DNA of 64,000 nucleotides from Candidatus Eiseniibacteriota bacterium (GTDB lineage: Bacteria; Eisenbacteria; RBG-16-71-46): positions 2,368,001-2,432,000 of the forward strand of contig OY970178.1 in the NCBI GenBank assembly GCA_963707915.1, read 5' to 3'. Both the position numbers and the translations under genes were made by a program. This document shows, one piece after another, positions 9,790 to 19,527 of the stretch (the stretch's first letter is position 1; the number at the start of each line of letters is the position of its first letter). Below the pieces are notes generated by a model that ran no database searches, was not told where the DNA came from, and was given only the letters and a program-made list of their open reading frames with translations.

Positions 9790-10425
9790 TTAGTTCCCGG
9801 TGGGCCCGAACCCGAAGGTGACGCAGGTCGTCATCAGGTCCACGTTGGAATTCTTGGCGTAGATGCGGTGGTAGACGGTCTCGAACCCCAGGGAGGTGCC
9901 GCCCACGACGCGGTAGCGCAGCCCCGCGCCGGCGCTGACGCCGCCCTTGCTCGCCTGCTCGACGCCGCCCAGCGTCGTGCCGGCCGACGCGGCCGAGACG
10001 TCCTGGCTGTAGCGGATGGAGTAGCCGCCTCCGCCCACGCGCAGGTACGGCGAGAAGCGCCCGCGCTCCAGGAAGAAGGCCTTCGCGTACATGCCCAGGT
10101 TCGTGACGGTCCAGTTCTCCACCAGCGTCACGGTCACGGGCTTGGCGGTGCCGGGGTCGAGGGGGATGGTGATCGCGGACCCGTTGTGCGACCCCTGGCT
10201 CCTGAAGTAATTGAATTCCACGCCCGTCGCGAGCCAGCGGAGCGCCCGGTAGCCGGCGCTCAACCCCACGGTCGAGCCGGACTTGGCCACCTCGCTGAAC
10301 GATTCGCGCGGCGACTGGCTTCCCATCGTCAGTGTCATCATGCTCTCGGCGGCCGCCATGACCGCCGTCGGGGCCGCGCATAGCAGCAGCAGCGCGCCGG
10401 CCACCATCACCCATCGCTTCGACAT
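9790..10425 (-). CDS. Outer-membrane beta-barrel protein (OmpA/OmpW-like small barrel)
   Basis: GGAGG RBS before ATG 10425; Sec signal; SPYLRVGGGGY and AGAGLRY strands. Confidence 0.72.
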   Translation of the reverse strand: MSKRWVMVAGALLLLCAAPTAVMAAAESMMTLTMGSQSPRESFSEVAKSGSTVGLSAGYRALRWLATGVEFNYFRSQGSHNGSAITIPLDPGTAKPVTVTLVENWTVTNLGMYAKAFFLERGRFSPYLRVGGGGYSIRYSQDVSAASAGTTLGGVEQASKGGVSAGAGLRYRVVGGTSLGFETVYHRIYAKNSNVDLMTTCVTFGFGPTGN

Positions 10426-10714
10426 CGGACGGCCTCCTCTCATGGCTTTCCGCGAGCGGATACGTCGTTGCAGGCCCGGTCAGAGCCAGATCCGGGCGGC
10501 GCCGGGCCGGGGCACCGCCCCCGCCCGCCGGAAAGCCCGCCTATGCTGGCGTCAAGGACGGAGAAGGTACGTTCGGCGGGGATGCCGAGTCAATGCGGCG
10601 CGGCGCGCGACCGGCGGTCCCGGGACGCGCGCGCCCCGCGGGAAGTCCTGCCGCGGAAGGGGTTGTCGCAAAACGGGCTTCCCCTGCGGCCCGGCCTTCG
10701 CTAGTTTGCACCCC

Positions 10715-11257
10715 ATGCGCGCACGTGGCGGATCGCGACCCCGTGCCGGCGCCCCCTCGCGGGCGCTGGCCCTGCTCGTGGGCGCCGTCCTCCTGATCGG
10801 GCCGACGGGCTGCACCCGCCGGCAGCAGGGCGGCGGCGCGCTGAGCTTCGAGGACCTCTCCGACCCGGCCACCCTCACGCGGGGCAAGCCGATCCTCACC
10901 TCGTTCGAGCCCTACCGCATCACCGGCCAGGCGTTGCGCGTCCGCGGCTCCGCGCGCCTGCCCGACGGCACGCGCCTGCAGGTCTCCATCGTGCGCGTGG
11001 CGACGGGCGAGCCGCTGCTCGTCGCGCAGGTGACGGTCGAGCGCGGGAGCTTCGAGTCCGCCCCGCTGATGGGGACGCGCGGCCCGCTGCCGGTCGACCT
11101 CTACCGCTTCGACGTGCTCGCGCACTTCAACGCCGCCTGGCAGACGGAGAAGGTGCTGCGGGCCACCCACGACGGCCGCTCGCTCCGGGGCCCGGGCGTG
11201 ACCCGGGGCACGGGCGGGCAGCCGGCCTTCTTCCTACGCGAGGAGCGCCGCCTGTGA
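10715..11257 (+). CDS. Hypothetical exported protein, probable lipoprotein
   Basis: Hydrophobic signal ending ...GPTGC; beta-rich domain (VRGSARLPDGTRLQVSI); GTGA overlap with the next gene. Confidence 0.6.
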   Translation: MRARGGSRPRAGAPSRALALLVGAVLLIGPTGCTRRQQGGGALSFEDLSDPATLTRGKPILTSFEPYRITGQALRVRGSARLPDGTRLQVSIVRVATGEPLLVAQVTVERGSFESAPLMGTRGPLPVDLYRFDVLAHFNAAWQTEKVLRATHDGRSLRGPGVTRGTGGQPAFFLREERRL

Positions 11258-12537
11258 GCACCCGACCCCAGCGTCCGCCCGCGATGCGCTACCGTCCCGC
11301 GCGGCGCACCGACGTCGAGACCCTGGCCGAACTCGGCCTGCTCGCCTACCGGGTCTCGAGCTTCGAGAAGCGGCGCGAGTTCTACACCGACCACCCGCGC
11401 TTCTCGCTGCGCGACGTGCGGGTCGGCGAGCTGGAGGGGCGGATCGTCGCCTCGCTCGTGCTCTACCCGCTGGTCGCCTGGGTGCGCGGCCAGCAGGTGC
11501 CGGTCACGGGCGTGGGCTCGGTCGCGGTCTCCCCCGAGCACCGGCGCCGCGGCGTGGGCGAGACGCTCATGCGCTCGGCGCTGCGCGAGCTGCGTCAGCG
11601 CGGCAGCGCCTTCTCCGCCCTCTACGCCTTCCGCGGCTCCTTCTACCGCAAGCTCGGCTACGGGGTCGTCGAGGTCGTGCAGCAGCTCGCCATCTCGCCC
11701 GCGAACCTGCCGGCCTCCGAGGAGAGCCGCCGGGTGCGCCGCCTGCTGCTGCCGGACCGGCCCGCCGTCGAGGCGCTCTACGAGCGGGTGGCCGCGCAGG
11801 GCCACTTCGCGCTGGCGCGCACGCGCGAGTGGTGGGCGCAGCGGCTCTGGGACTACCCCGGCGACTGGGTCGTCCACGAGGGCCGGCGCCGCGGACAGAT
11901 CGAGGGCTACCTGCACTACGAGGTGGACACCACGCACGGCCCGTTCCGTCTCGGCCTCACGCTCACCGAGTTCGTCGCCGCGAGCCCCGAGGCGCACCGC
12001 GGGCTGGTGGGCTACCTCGCCTCGCTCGCCGACCAGGTCCAGGAGATCCACCACGCGACGTCCGCCGACAACCTCTGGCTCGCCACGCTCCGGACCGCGC
12101 AGAACCTGCGTCCCGGCGCCGAGATGGGCGTGCTGCTCGACACCGGCGGCGTGGCGCACGGCGCGATGCTGCGCGTGAACGACGTCAAGGCGGGGCTCGA
12201 GTGCCTGCCGGTGAGCCCGCACGCGCGCGGCGAGGTGGTGCTCGACGTGGACGACCCGGTGCTGCCGCAGAACGCGCGGGCCTGGCGCGTCGCGGCGCGC
12301 GAGGGTCGGCTGCACGTGAAGCCCGAGGTCGCGGGCGGGCCCGGCCCGAAGGCCGGGCGCGGGCGACTGCCGCGACTGCAGGTGCCCGCGGACGCGCTCG
12401 GGCCCCTGCTGGCGGGCACGCTCTCCGCGACCGGCGCCGCGGCCGCCGGGCTCATCGAGTCCAGCGGCGGGGCCGAGGTGGTCGAGCCCTGGTTCCGCGC
12501 GAAGCCGGCGTTCCTCTACCCGATGAACGTGTTCTGA
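11254..12537 (+). CDS. Eis-like GNAT acetyltransferase with C-terminal SCP2-like domain
   Basis: VGSVAVSPEHRRRGVG, ALYAF...FYRKLGYG, MLRVNDV, DDPVLPQN; terminal Phe. Confidence 0.88.
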   Translation: MSTRPQRPPAMRYRPARRTDVETLAELGLLAYRVSSFEKRREFYTDHPRFSLRDVRVGELEGRIVASLVLYPLVAWVRGQQVPVTGVGSVAVSPEHRRRGVGETLMRSALRELRQRGSAFSALYAFRGSFYRKLGYGVVEVVQQLAISPANLPASEESRRVRRLLLPDRPAVEALYERVAAQGHFALARTREWWAQRLWDYPGDWVVHEGRRRGQIEGYLHYEVDTTHGPFRLGLTLTEFVAASPEAHRGLVGYLASLADQVQEIHHATSADNLWLATLRTAQNLRPGAEMGVLLDTGGVAHGAMLRVNDVKAGLECLPVSPHARGEVVLDVDDPVLPQNARAWRVAAREGRLHVKPEVAGGPGPKAGRGRLPRLQVPADALGPLLAGTLSATGAAAAGLIESSGGAEVVEPWFRAKPAFLYPMNVF

Positions 12538-12548
12538 CGGGGATCGCC

Positions 12549-12851
12549 GTGAAGTCCTCGCGCCGCAGCTTCCTCCGCCTGCTCGCCGCCGGTTCGGCCG
12601 CCACGGCGGCGACCCCGGCCGCGGCCCTGGCGCGCGCGGCGCGGAAGCCGAAGCCCGCCCCGGCCTCGCGCCCCGCCGCTCCGCCCGCGGGCCCCGCCCT
12701 GCCGCCGGCCGTGGCCGGGGAGATCCGCAGGCAGCAGGCCATGCTGGAGCAGACGCTCCAGGCGGTGCGCCGCCACCCGCTGCCACCCGGGAGCGAGCCC
12801 GCCTTCGTCTTCGCGCCGTTGCGTTCCCGCCGGAAGGCGGACGCGCCGTGA
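12549..12851 (+). CDS. Small Tat-signal protein with an AtzG/GatC-like C-terminus
   Basis: GTG at 12549; SRRSFL twin-arginine motif; C-terminal helix plus PLPPGSEPAFVFAP; GTGA overlap with the amidase. Confidence 0.7.
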   Translation: MKSSRRSFLRLLAAGSAATAATPAAALARAARKPKPAPASRPAAPPAGPALPPAVAGEIRRQQAMLEQTLQAVRRHPLPPGSEPAFVFAPLRSRRKADAP

Positions 12852-14251
12852 TCGGCGAGGACCTGCTCCACGCCGGGCTCGCCGAGCTCTCGTCCCGGAT
12901 CCGGGCGCGCCGGCTCACCTCGGTCGAGCTCACCGAGGCGTACCTCGACCGCATCCGGCGCTTCTCCCCCGCACTCAACGCGTTCGAGACGGTGGCCGGC
13001 GACCTCGCGCGCATGCAGGCGGGCCAGGCGGACAGCGAGATCCGCAACCACCGCTGGCGCGGGCCCCTGCACGGCATCCCGTACGGCGCCAAGGACCTGC
13101 TGGCGACGGCCGGCCTGCGCACCACCTGGGGCGCGGCTCCGCTCAAGGAGCAGGTGTTCGACTACGACGCCACGGTGGTCACGCGCCTGCGCGAGGCGGG
13201 CGCGGTGCTGCTCGGCAAGTGCGCGATGGTCGAGCTCGCGGGCGGGCTGGGCTACCGCTTCGCCGACGCCTCGGTGAGCGGCCCCGGGCGCAACCCCTGG
13301 GACCCCGGGCGCTGGACCGGCGGCTCGTCGTCGGGCTCGGGCGCGGCGGTCGCGGCCGGCCTGGCGCCCTTCGCGCTGGGCACCGAGACCTGGGGTTCCA
13401 TCCTCTGCCCCGCGGCGTTCTGCGGGATCACCGGGCTGCGGCCCACCTACGGGCGCGTCAGCCGCGCCGGGGCGATGGTCTGCTCGTGGACGTTCGACAA
13501 GATCGGCCCGCTCGCGCGCTCGGCGGCCGACTGCCGCACCGTGTTCGGCGCCATCGCCGGCCCCGATCCGGCCGACCCGACCTCGTCGAGCGAGCCCCTG
13601 GACGTCCGGCCACGGCACCTCGACCTCGCGGGGCTCAAGGCCGCGCTCGTGCCGCTCGACTTCACGGCGAAGGGCGCCGAGCCCGAGGTGAAGGCGGCGT
13701 TCGACGCCGCCGTCACCCAACTGCGGGTCGCCGGCCTGCGGCTCGAGGAGGCGAAGCTGCCCGAGTCGCCCGCCAGCGAGCTGGCCGGGATCATCATCAC
13801 GGAGGAGGCGCTCTCCGCGTTCGAGAAGCTCTACCAGGACGGTTCCGTGAAGCGGCTCCGGGACCCGTACGCCCCCTACCAGCCGGAGATCAACGCCGCC
13901 GTCACCGGCGCGGACCTGGTGAAGGCCTGGCGCATCCGGGGCGAGTTGCAGCGGGCGATGGCGGAGTTCTTCGCCGGGTACGACGTCATCGTGACGCCCA
14001 ACTTCATGTCGGTGGCGCCGCGCATCGAGGAGGACCTCGTCCAGGCGCTGCCCTACCCCGACCCGGTGGGCGCGATCGGCAACGCCTGCGGCCTGCCCGC
14101 GCTCGCGCTGCCCTGCGGTTTCGGCCGCGGCCACCTGCCGGTCGGCTTCCAGATCGTCGGGCCGCCCTTCAGCGAGGGCCTGCTGCTCGACCTGGGCGAG
14201 GCCTACCAGGAACGCACGGGCTGGCACCTGGAGCGCCCGCCGCTGCAGTGA
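12848..14251 (+). CDS. Amidase-signature family protein (AtzE/GatA-like)
   Basis: GPLHGIPYGAKD, GGSSSGS, GTETWGSILCPAAFCG (Ser-Ser-Lys triad intact). Confidence 0.93.
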   Translation: MIGEDLLHAGLAELSSRIRARRLTSVELTEAYLDRIRRFSPALNAFETVAGDLARMQAGQADSEIRNHRWRGPLHGIPYGAKDLLATAGLRTTWGAAPLKEQVFDYDATVVTRLREAGAVLLGKCAMVELAGGLGYRFADASVSGPGRNPWDPGRWTGGSSSGSGAAVAAGLAPFALGTETWGSILCPAAFCGITGLRPTYGRVSRAGAMVCSWTFDKIGPLARSAADCRTVFGAIAGPDPADPTSSSEPLDVRPRHLDLAGLKAALVPLDFTAKGAEPEVKAAFDAAVTQLRVAGLRLEEAKLPESPASELAGIIITEEALSAFEKLYQDGSVKRLRDPYAPYQPEINAAVTGADLVKAWRIRGELQRAMAEFFAGYDVIVTPNFMSVAPRIEEDLVQALPYPDPVGAIGNACGLPALALPCGFGRGHLPVGFQIVGPPFSEGLLLDLGEAYQERTGWHLERPPLQ

Positions 14252-14270
14252 CGCGGGGAGCCCGCTTCGC

Positions 14271-15125
14271 TCAGGCCCGCGCGCGCTGTTCCCCGGCGTC
14301 CCAGTGCACCAGCGCCGAGCGCACGCCGCGCGGCCACTCGCAGCCGCCTTCCACCGGGGTGAGCCGCCGCGCCACCAGGTCGCGCAGGAAGGCGTCGTGC
14401 TCGCACGGCTCGGCGAGCCCGAAGCGGCGCTTCACCTCGGCGACCGCGTCCTCGAGGCTCGCGCTCCTCCACGGCTCCCACAGCCCGGTGTCCTCCACGA
14501 CCACGTCCGGCAGGATGCCGAGCTGCAGCAGGGCGTTGTAGCCGACCTGGAAGTTGGGGCTGTCGTGCGGGTGGCCCCAGACGCGCCGCGCCACCTCGGC
14601 CATGACGCCGTCCGCGGCCGGTGCGCGCATGACCAGGAAGCAGCGCCGCCGCGTCATCCGCTCGAGGCTCCGCACGAACGCGGCGAAGTCGGCGAACCCG
14701 TACATCGCCTGCGAGCAGAGCGACACGTCGTGCGGCTCGAGCGCCACGTCGGGCCACGACGCCTGCACCACCTCGACGTTCGTGACGCGCGCGGCGGCGA
14801 GCGTCTCCTTCATCACCTCGACCATGGCGGGCGACGCCTCGACCGCGGTGACCCGGCGCGCGTGACCGGCCAGGAACGCGGCCCACGCGCCGGTCCCCGC
14901 ACCGATGTCGACGACGCTCGAGCCCGGGTGCGCGTCCAGCCAGGCCGCGACCGTGGTACGGCTCGAGTCCGGGGTGCTCCAGCGCCGGGCGATCCCCGCG
15001 GCGAACCCGCGCGCCTTGTCGCGCCACGCGTCCTCCGGGGCCCGGGTCCGGTCGGTCTCCCAGCTGCGCGCCTGCGCGGCCTGCAGCTCGCGCCACAGGG
15101 CGATCCAGTCGGTCACTCGCTCCAT
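14271..15125 (-). CDS. Class I SAM-dependent methyltransferase
   Basis: VVDIGAGTG, VTAVEASPAM. Confidence 0.87.
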   Translation of the reverse strand: MERVTDWIALWRELQAAQARSWETDRTRAPEDAWRDKARGFAAGIARRWSTPDSSRTTVAAWLDAHPGSSVVDIGAGTGAWAAFLAGHARRVTAVEASPAMVEVMKETLAAARVTNVEVVQASWPDVALEPHDVSLCSQAMYGFADFAAFVRSLERMTRRRCFLVMRAPAADGVMAEVARRVWGHPHDSPNFQVGYNALLQLGILPDVVVEDTGLWEPWRSASLEDAVAEVKRRFGLAEPCEHDAFLRDLVARRLTPVEGGCEWPRGVRSALVHWDAGEQRARA

Positions 15126-15207
15126 GCTCCGCTCCGTTCCGGTGGTGAGGATGCGTGTCGGTTCCAGGGGGCGCCTCCGGGGGACCCGTCGCGCGCCTCG
15201 TTCGGGC

Positions 15208-15987
15208 TCACGCGTGCGGCACGACCACGGGCCGCCCGCGCAGCGCGACGACCTCCACCTCCATGCCGTAGGTCGCGCTCAGCCGCTCCGTGGTCAGCAC
15301 CTCGTCCGTGCGCGCGGCGGCCAGCACCCGCCCGTCCCGCAACAGCACGACGTGGTCGGCGATGGCCGCGGCGAGGTTGGGATCGTGGGTGGTGAACACC
15401 ACGGTCCGGCCCTCGCGGCCCAGCATCCGCAGCACCTCCAGCACGCGGCGCGTGTTCGCCGGGTCGAGGTGCGAGGTCGGCTCGTCCGAGAGCAGGATCG
15501 CCGACTGCTGGACCAGCGCGCGCGCGATGGTCGCGAGCTGGGCCTCGCCACCGCTGAGCGTGGGCACGGCGCGGTGCCCGAGCGCGGCCAGCCCGACCCG
15601 CTCGAGCGCCTCGAGCGCGAGCCGGTGGTCGGACTCGCCCGGGAGGTCGAGCAGGCCGAGATGCGGCGCCCGCCCCAGCAGCGCGAACTCGAGCACGCTC
15701 AGCTCGAAGGCCACCGGCTCCGACTGGGGCACCAGGCCCACGCGCCGGCTCAGGTCCCGGCGCGAGTAACCGTGCTGGGGCCGGCCCTCCACTTCGACGG
15801 TGCCGCGCGTGGGCCGGAGCAGCCCGAGCAGCAGGCGCAGCAGCGTCGTCTTGCCGGAGCCGTTGGCCCCCAGCACCGCGGCGATGGAGCCGGCCCCGAT
15901 CTCGAGCGAGACCTCGCGCAGGACGTCCGGCCCGCCGGCCGCGTAGGCGAACGAGACGTCGCGCAGCGCGAGGGCGGGCGGGCTCAC
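15208..15987 (-). CDS. ABC transporter ATP-binding subunit (FecE/BtuD type)
   Basis: GANGSGKT, LSGGE, LLSDEPTSHLD, THD; GTGA overlap with the permease stop. Confidence 0.93.
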   Translation of the reverse strand: MSPPALALRDVSFAYAAGGPDVLREVSLEIGAGSIAAVLGANGSGKTTLLRLLLGLLRPTRGTVEVEGRPQHGYSRRDLSRRVGLVPQSEPVAFELSVLEFALLGRAPHLGLLDLPGESDHRLALEALERVGLAALGHRAVPTLSGGEAQLATIARALVQQSAILLSDEPTSHLDPANTRRVLEVLRMLGREGRTVVFTTHDPNLAAAIADHVVLLRDGRVLAAARTDEVLTTERLSATYGMEVEVVALRGRPVVVPHA

Positions 15988-17003
15988 GAGCGCACCGCCG
16001 CCTGCCGGCGCAGCACCACGCCGAGGAAGAACAGCGCGCCCGCGAACGACGTCAGCAGGCCCAGCGGGATCTCGCCGTTGAGCACGGTGCGCGCGACATC
16101 GTCGCAGGCCAGCACGAACAGCGTGCCGAGCAGCATGCTCGCCGGCAGGGCGCGGCGCGCGTCCGAGCCCACCAGGCGGCGCGCGATGTGCGGCACGATC
16201 AGGCCCACCCAGCCGACCTGGCCCGCCTTCGACACCACCGCGGCGGTGGCGGCCACGGCCGCGATCACGATGACCAGCCGCTCGCGGCCCGGCGCCACGC
16301 CGAGCGAGAACGCGGTGTCGTCGCGCAGCGACAGCACGTTGAGGCGCCAGCGCATCAGGCCCATCACCACCAGGCAGGGCAGCACCACCGGCAGCATGTG
16401 CAGCACGTCGCGCCAGGTGATGGCCCACAGCCCGCCCAGCATCCAGAAGGTGATGTCGGGGAGTTGCCTCTGCGGATCGGCCAGGTACTTCACCGCTCCG
16501 GTCGCCGACGAGAGCGTGGCCGAGACGATGATGCCCGCGAGCACCAGCCGCAACACCCAGTCGCCGAAGCGGATGCGCTGCGCGATCAGGTAGCTCGCCG
16601 CCATGCCCAGCAGCGCGAACGCGGCGGCCGAGCCCTGCACCGTGGCGGGCGCACCGCCCAGGAACACGATGGCGAGCGAGGCGCCGAACGCCGCGCCCGG
16701 CGAGACGCCGAGGAAGCCCGAGTCCACGAGCGGGTTGCGGAACACCATCTGCAGCACCGCGCCGGCCCCGCCCAGCGTCGCGCCCAGCAGGAGCGCCGCG
16801 AGGATGCGCGGCACGCGCAGGTTGAGGATCAGGTTGCGCCCCAGCTCGTCCTGGAAGAGCGTCGCGGGCGGCGTCAGGAGCGGCCCGGGGTAGCGTCCGA
16901 TCGCGGCCGAGAGCAGCGCGCTCGCGAACACCAGGCCCGCGATCGCCCACAGCCGTCCCGTGGCCCGGCGCTCCTCCCCCGCGAGCCGCGGCTCAGCGGA
17001 CAT
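15984..17003 (-). CDS. FecCD/BtuC family ABC permease
   Basis: LRVPR, FRNPLV, GWVGLIVPHIAR, EIPLG. Confidence 0.93.
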   Translation of the reverse strand: MSAEPRLAGEERRATGRLWAIAGLVFASALLSAAIGRYPGPLLTPPATLFQDELGRNLILNLRVPRILAALLLGATLGGAGAVLQMVFRNPLVDSGFLGVSPGAAFGASLAIVFLGGAPATVQGSAAAFALLGMAASYLIAQRIRFGDWVLRLVLAGIIVSATLSSATGAVKYLADPQRQLPDITFWMLGGLWAITWRDVLHMLPVVLPCLVVMGLMRWRLNVLSLRDDTAFSLGVAPGRERLVIVIAAVAATAAVVSKAGQVGWVGLIVPHIARRLVGSDARRALPASMLLGTLFVLACDDVARTVLNGEIPLGLLTSFAGALFFLGVVLRRQAAVRS

Positions 17004-18108
17004 CCAGCCTGACCCTGCCCATGATGTCCCGGGTGATGGCGCTGTCGTCCATGCCGTAGAGCGAGCGATAGAAGCTGCGCACCTCGGTCTCCACGTCCAG
17101 GTTCTGGAAGCGCTCCGGGTGGAGCGTCTTGGCCAGCCAGGTCATGCCCAGCAGCCAGCGCGGGTTCGGCGTGTCCCACCCGTAGATGTCCGACGGGAAC
17201 ACGTGCAGCGCGCCGGTGCGCACCGCGCGCAGCGCGCGCCACTGCGGATCGGACTGGAGCCGGGCGAGCACCCTGACCGGGTCGAGCGAGAACCAGACGA
17301 CGAGGATGATCTGGTCGGGATTCCAGCGCGCGATCTGTTCCATGTTCGCCACGGTCCAGCCGCCGCCCGGCGCGGCCGCCTCGAGCCAGACCGGGCGACC
17401 GCCCGCGGCCTGCACCTCCTGCGTCTGCATCCACGGCCTCGCCGGCACGCGCACCGCCGCCGTGCCGCCGCGCTCGGTGTACTCGACCAGCAGCACGCGC
17501 GGCCGGCCGGCCTCCGGCACGCCCCGCCAGCCCGCGTGGATGCGCGCGACCCGCGCCCGGTAGAACGAGGCGATCTTCCCCGCGCGCTCCGGCTGCCCCA
17601 GCAGCAGGCCGAGGTTGGCGACGTCGCGGTAGAACTGCTCGGGCGTCTCGAGCCCCAGGTAGACCACCGGGATGCGGACCTCGCCCAGCGCGGTGCCGGT
17701 CGCTTCGAGCACGTCGTTCTTGATGAGCACCAGGTCGGGGCGCAGCGCCGCGATCTGCTCGGGGCCGGGGTTCGCCAGCACGGTCTTCGCGCCGAAGGTC
17801 GGATCGATGAGCGGCGCGAATTCGCTCGCCACCGCGCCCTTCTTCTCCACGCCGACCAGGCGCCGCGAGACGCCGGGGAACATGTAGAGCAGGTCGAGCG
17901 CCATGTAGGGGCCGTGCCCCGCCACGACGATGCGCTGCGGCGGCCGCGCCAGCTCCACGGTGCGTCCGGCCGCGTCGGTGACGCGGATGACGGACGCGGT
18001 CCTCGCCGCCGGCGCGGCCGCGCCTGCCGTGACCGCGCCGGCGAGCACGACCAGCGCCGCGAGCAGCGCGGGCCACACCCCGATGGGCACGTTTCGACTC
18101 GGGCGCAT
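16993..18108 (-). CDS. Periplasmic metal-chelate (iron-siderophore/cobalamin class) binding protein
   Basis: GGAGG RBS, signal peptide, VTDAAGRTV...PQRIV, EQIAALRPDLV, WDTPNPRWLLG. Confidence 0.9.
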   Translation of the reverse strand: MRPSRNVPIGVWPALLAALVVLAGAVTAGAAAPAARTASVIRVTDAAGRTVELARPPQRIVVAGHGPYMALDLLYMFPGVSRRLVGVEKKGAVASEFAPLIDPTFGAKTVLANPGPEQIAALRPDLVLIKNDVLEATGTALGEVRIPVVYLGLETPEQFYRDVANLGLLLGQPERAGKIASFYRARVARIHAGWRGVPEAGRPRVLLVEYTERGGTAAVRVPARPWMQTQEVQAAGGRPVWLEAAAPGGGWTVANMEQIARWNPDQIILVVWFSLDPVRVLARLQSDPQWRALRAVRTGALHVFPSDIYGWDTPNPRWLLGMTWLAKTLHPERFQNLDVETEVRSFYRSLYGMDDSAITRDIMGRVRLDVR

Positions 18109-18262
18109 GGACGACCTCCTCGAATGGCGGGACGGCGCCGGGCCCGTGCCTCGCGCGGGCCGCAGGCCCGGCGGCGGACACGCCCCGGTGGACGGGCCCC
18201 GCAGCATAGCAGGCGGACGCGGGGGGCGCCGAACGCGACGCGGCCCGGCAGGCCCCGGGACT

Positions 18263-19351
18263 TCAGTCGCGGAGGTTCGGGACCGGCGGGCCCTCGAGCG
18301 GGAGCGTGAAGCAGTGGCGCCCGGGCGGGTGCTTCCAGAACTGCGCGGACTCCCCGCCGCGGTCCGGTGAGACCAGCGAGTCCTCGCACGCGAACGTGGC
18401 GCACAGCTCGACGGTGACCGAGTCCACCACGCGGTATCCGTAGAACTCCCCCGACTCCGGGTCGCGGAACGTCTCGGCCGGCGGCGCCGCCGGGCGGGCC
18501 GCCAGCTCCGCGAGCGAGCCCGGGAGCGGGCGCCGGACGCCGCGCTCGACGACCAGCTGGTTCAGGATGGACCGCAGGTTCCCGACGCGGCGCGCGTCGA
18601 GCGCACGCAGCCGCGACTGCCGGGGCGACCCGGACGCGGCCAGCCCGAACGCGATCGTCGCCACGACCGCCACCACCACCGCCCACGCGAGCCAGGGCGC
18701 GCCCCCGCGGCGCGCCGCGCCCTCGCGCTCCTCGCCACGCAGCTCGGCAAGGTAGTGCCCGAAGATGGTGGCGGCGATGGCGAAGACCACCAGCGTCTTC
18801 CACAGGATCCGCGCCACCAGCTCGCCCGCGAGCAGCCGCTGCAGCACGAACGTCAGGTCCCCGATCAGCACCAGCGCGGCGACGAAGAGCGTGAGGTAGG
18901 TGAGCCACTTCCGCACCGCCGAGCCGCGCTTCTCGGGGTCGCGCGCCATGGCCCGGCCGATGAGCGTGGAGAGGGCGAGGAAGATCGGGAACGCGATGAC
19001 GAGCGCGGCGATGCCGTTGCGCAGCGCCTCGGTGGCCCAGCGCAGCGCGTAGGGGTTCTGCACCGGGTCCGGCAGCCGGCGGTCCACGATGGCGAACAGC
19101 ACCAGGCCGAGGTTGAAGGCGGTGATGTAGAGCGTGGCGAAGAGCACCAGGTAGAGGAACGCCTCGCGCGCCGAGAGCGAGGGCCTGCGGCGCGGCACGG
19201 GCACGGGGAAGTCGGCCTCGGCGAACCCCGCCAGCGCGACCTCGACCTCGTCCGTGCGCCAGCCGGCCTCGAGCAGGCGCTCGCGGATGGCGGTGCGCGG
19301 CAACCCGCGCGCGAGGGAATCGCGTACGAACCGTTGCAGGTCGGCGTTCAT
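18263..19351 (-). CDS. Membrane protein, DUF5671-like
   Basis: N-terminal IRERLLEAGW, AREAFLYL, VRKWLTYLTLF; C-terminal pilin-like D..RV..L...DPESG..Y.Y...ELCATF segment. Confidence 0.72.
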   Translation of the reverse strand: MNADLQRFVRDSLARGLPRTAIRERLLEAGWRTDEVEVALAGFAEADFPVPVPRRRPSLSAREAFLYLVLFATLYITAFNLGLVLFAIVDRRLPDPVQNPYALRWATEALRNGIAALVIAFPIFLALSTLIGRAMARDPEKRGSAVRKWLTYLTLFVAALVLIGDLTFVLQRLLAGELVARILWKTLVVFAIAATIFGHYLAELRGEEREGAARRGGAPWLAWAVVVAVVATIAFGLAASGSPRQSRLRALDARRVGNLRSILNQLVVERGVRRPLPGSLAELAARPAAPPAETFRDPESGEFYGYRVVDSVTVELCATFACEDSLVSPDRGGESAQFWKHPPGRHCFTLPLEGPPVPNLRD

Positions 19352-19527
19352 GGGTCGGGGCCCTCCATCGCGTGGATCGCGTCCCGGGAGCCCGGGCGAG
19401 GCATTGTGGCACGCGGCGCGGGGCCCCGCCACGGCGAATCCGGTCCGCGGAGGGCTGGCAGGCCGCCGTTCGCGGGGCTAGATTCGCCGGACGCCGCGTT
19501 GCAACCGACCCCCCGGGGAGCCCGACC

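Noticed and set aside
12848..14251. Calling the amidase gatA
   Set aside because: No gatB is adjacent, and GatA-specific motifs (DEFAMGS, SDTGGSIRQPA) are replaced.
18109..18262. Cobalamin riboswitch ahead of the ABC importer
   Set aside because: The conserved GGGAA...GCCCCCGCAACTGT-type core is not found on the coding strand.
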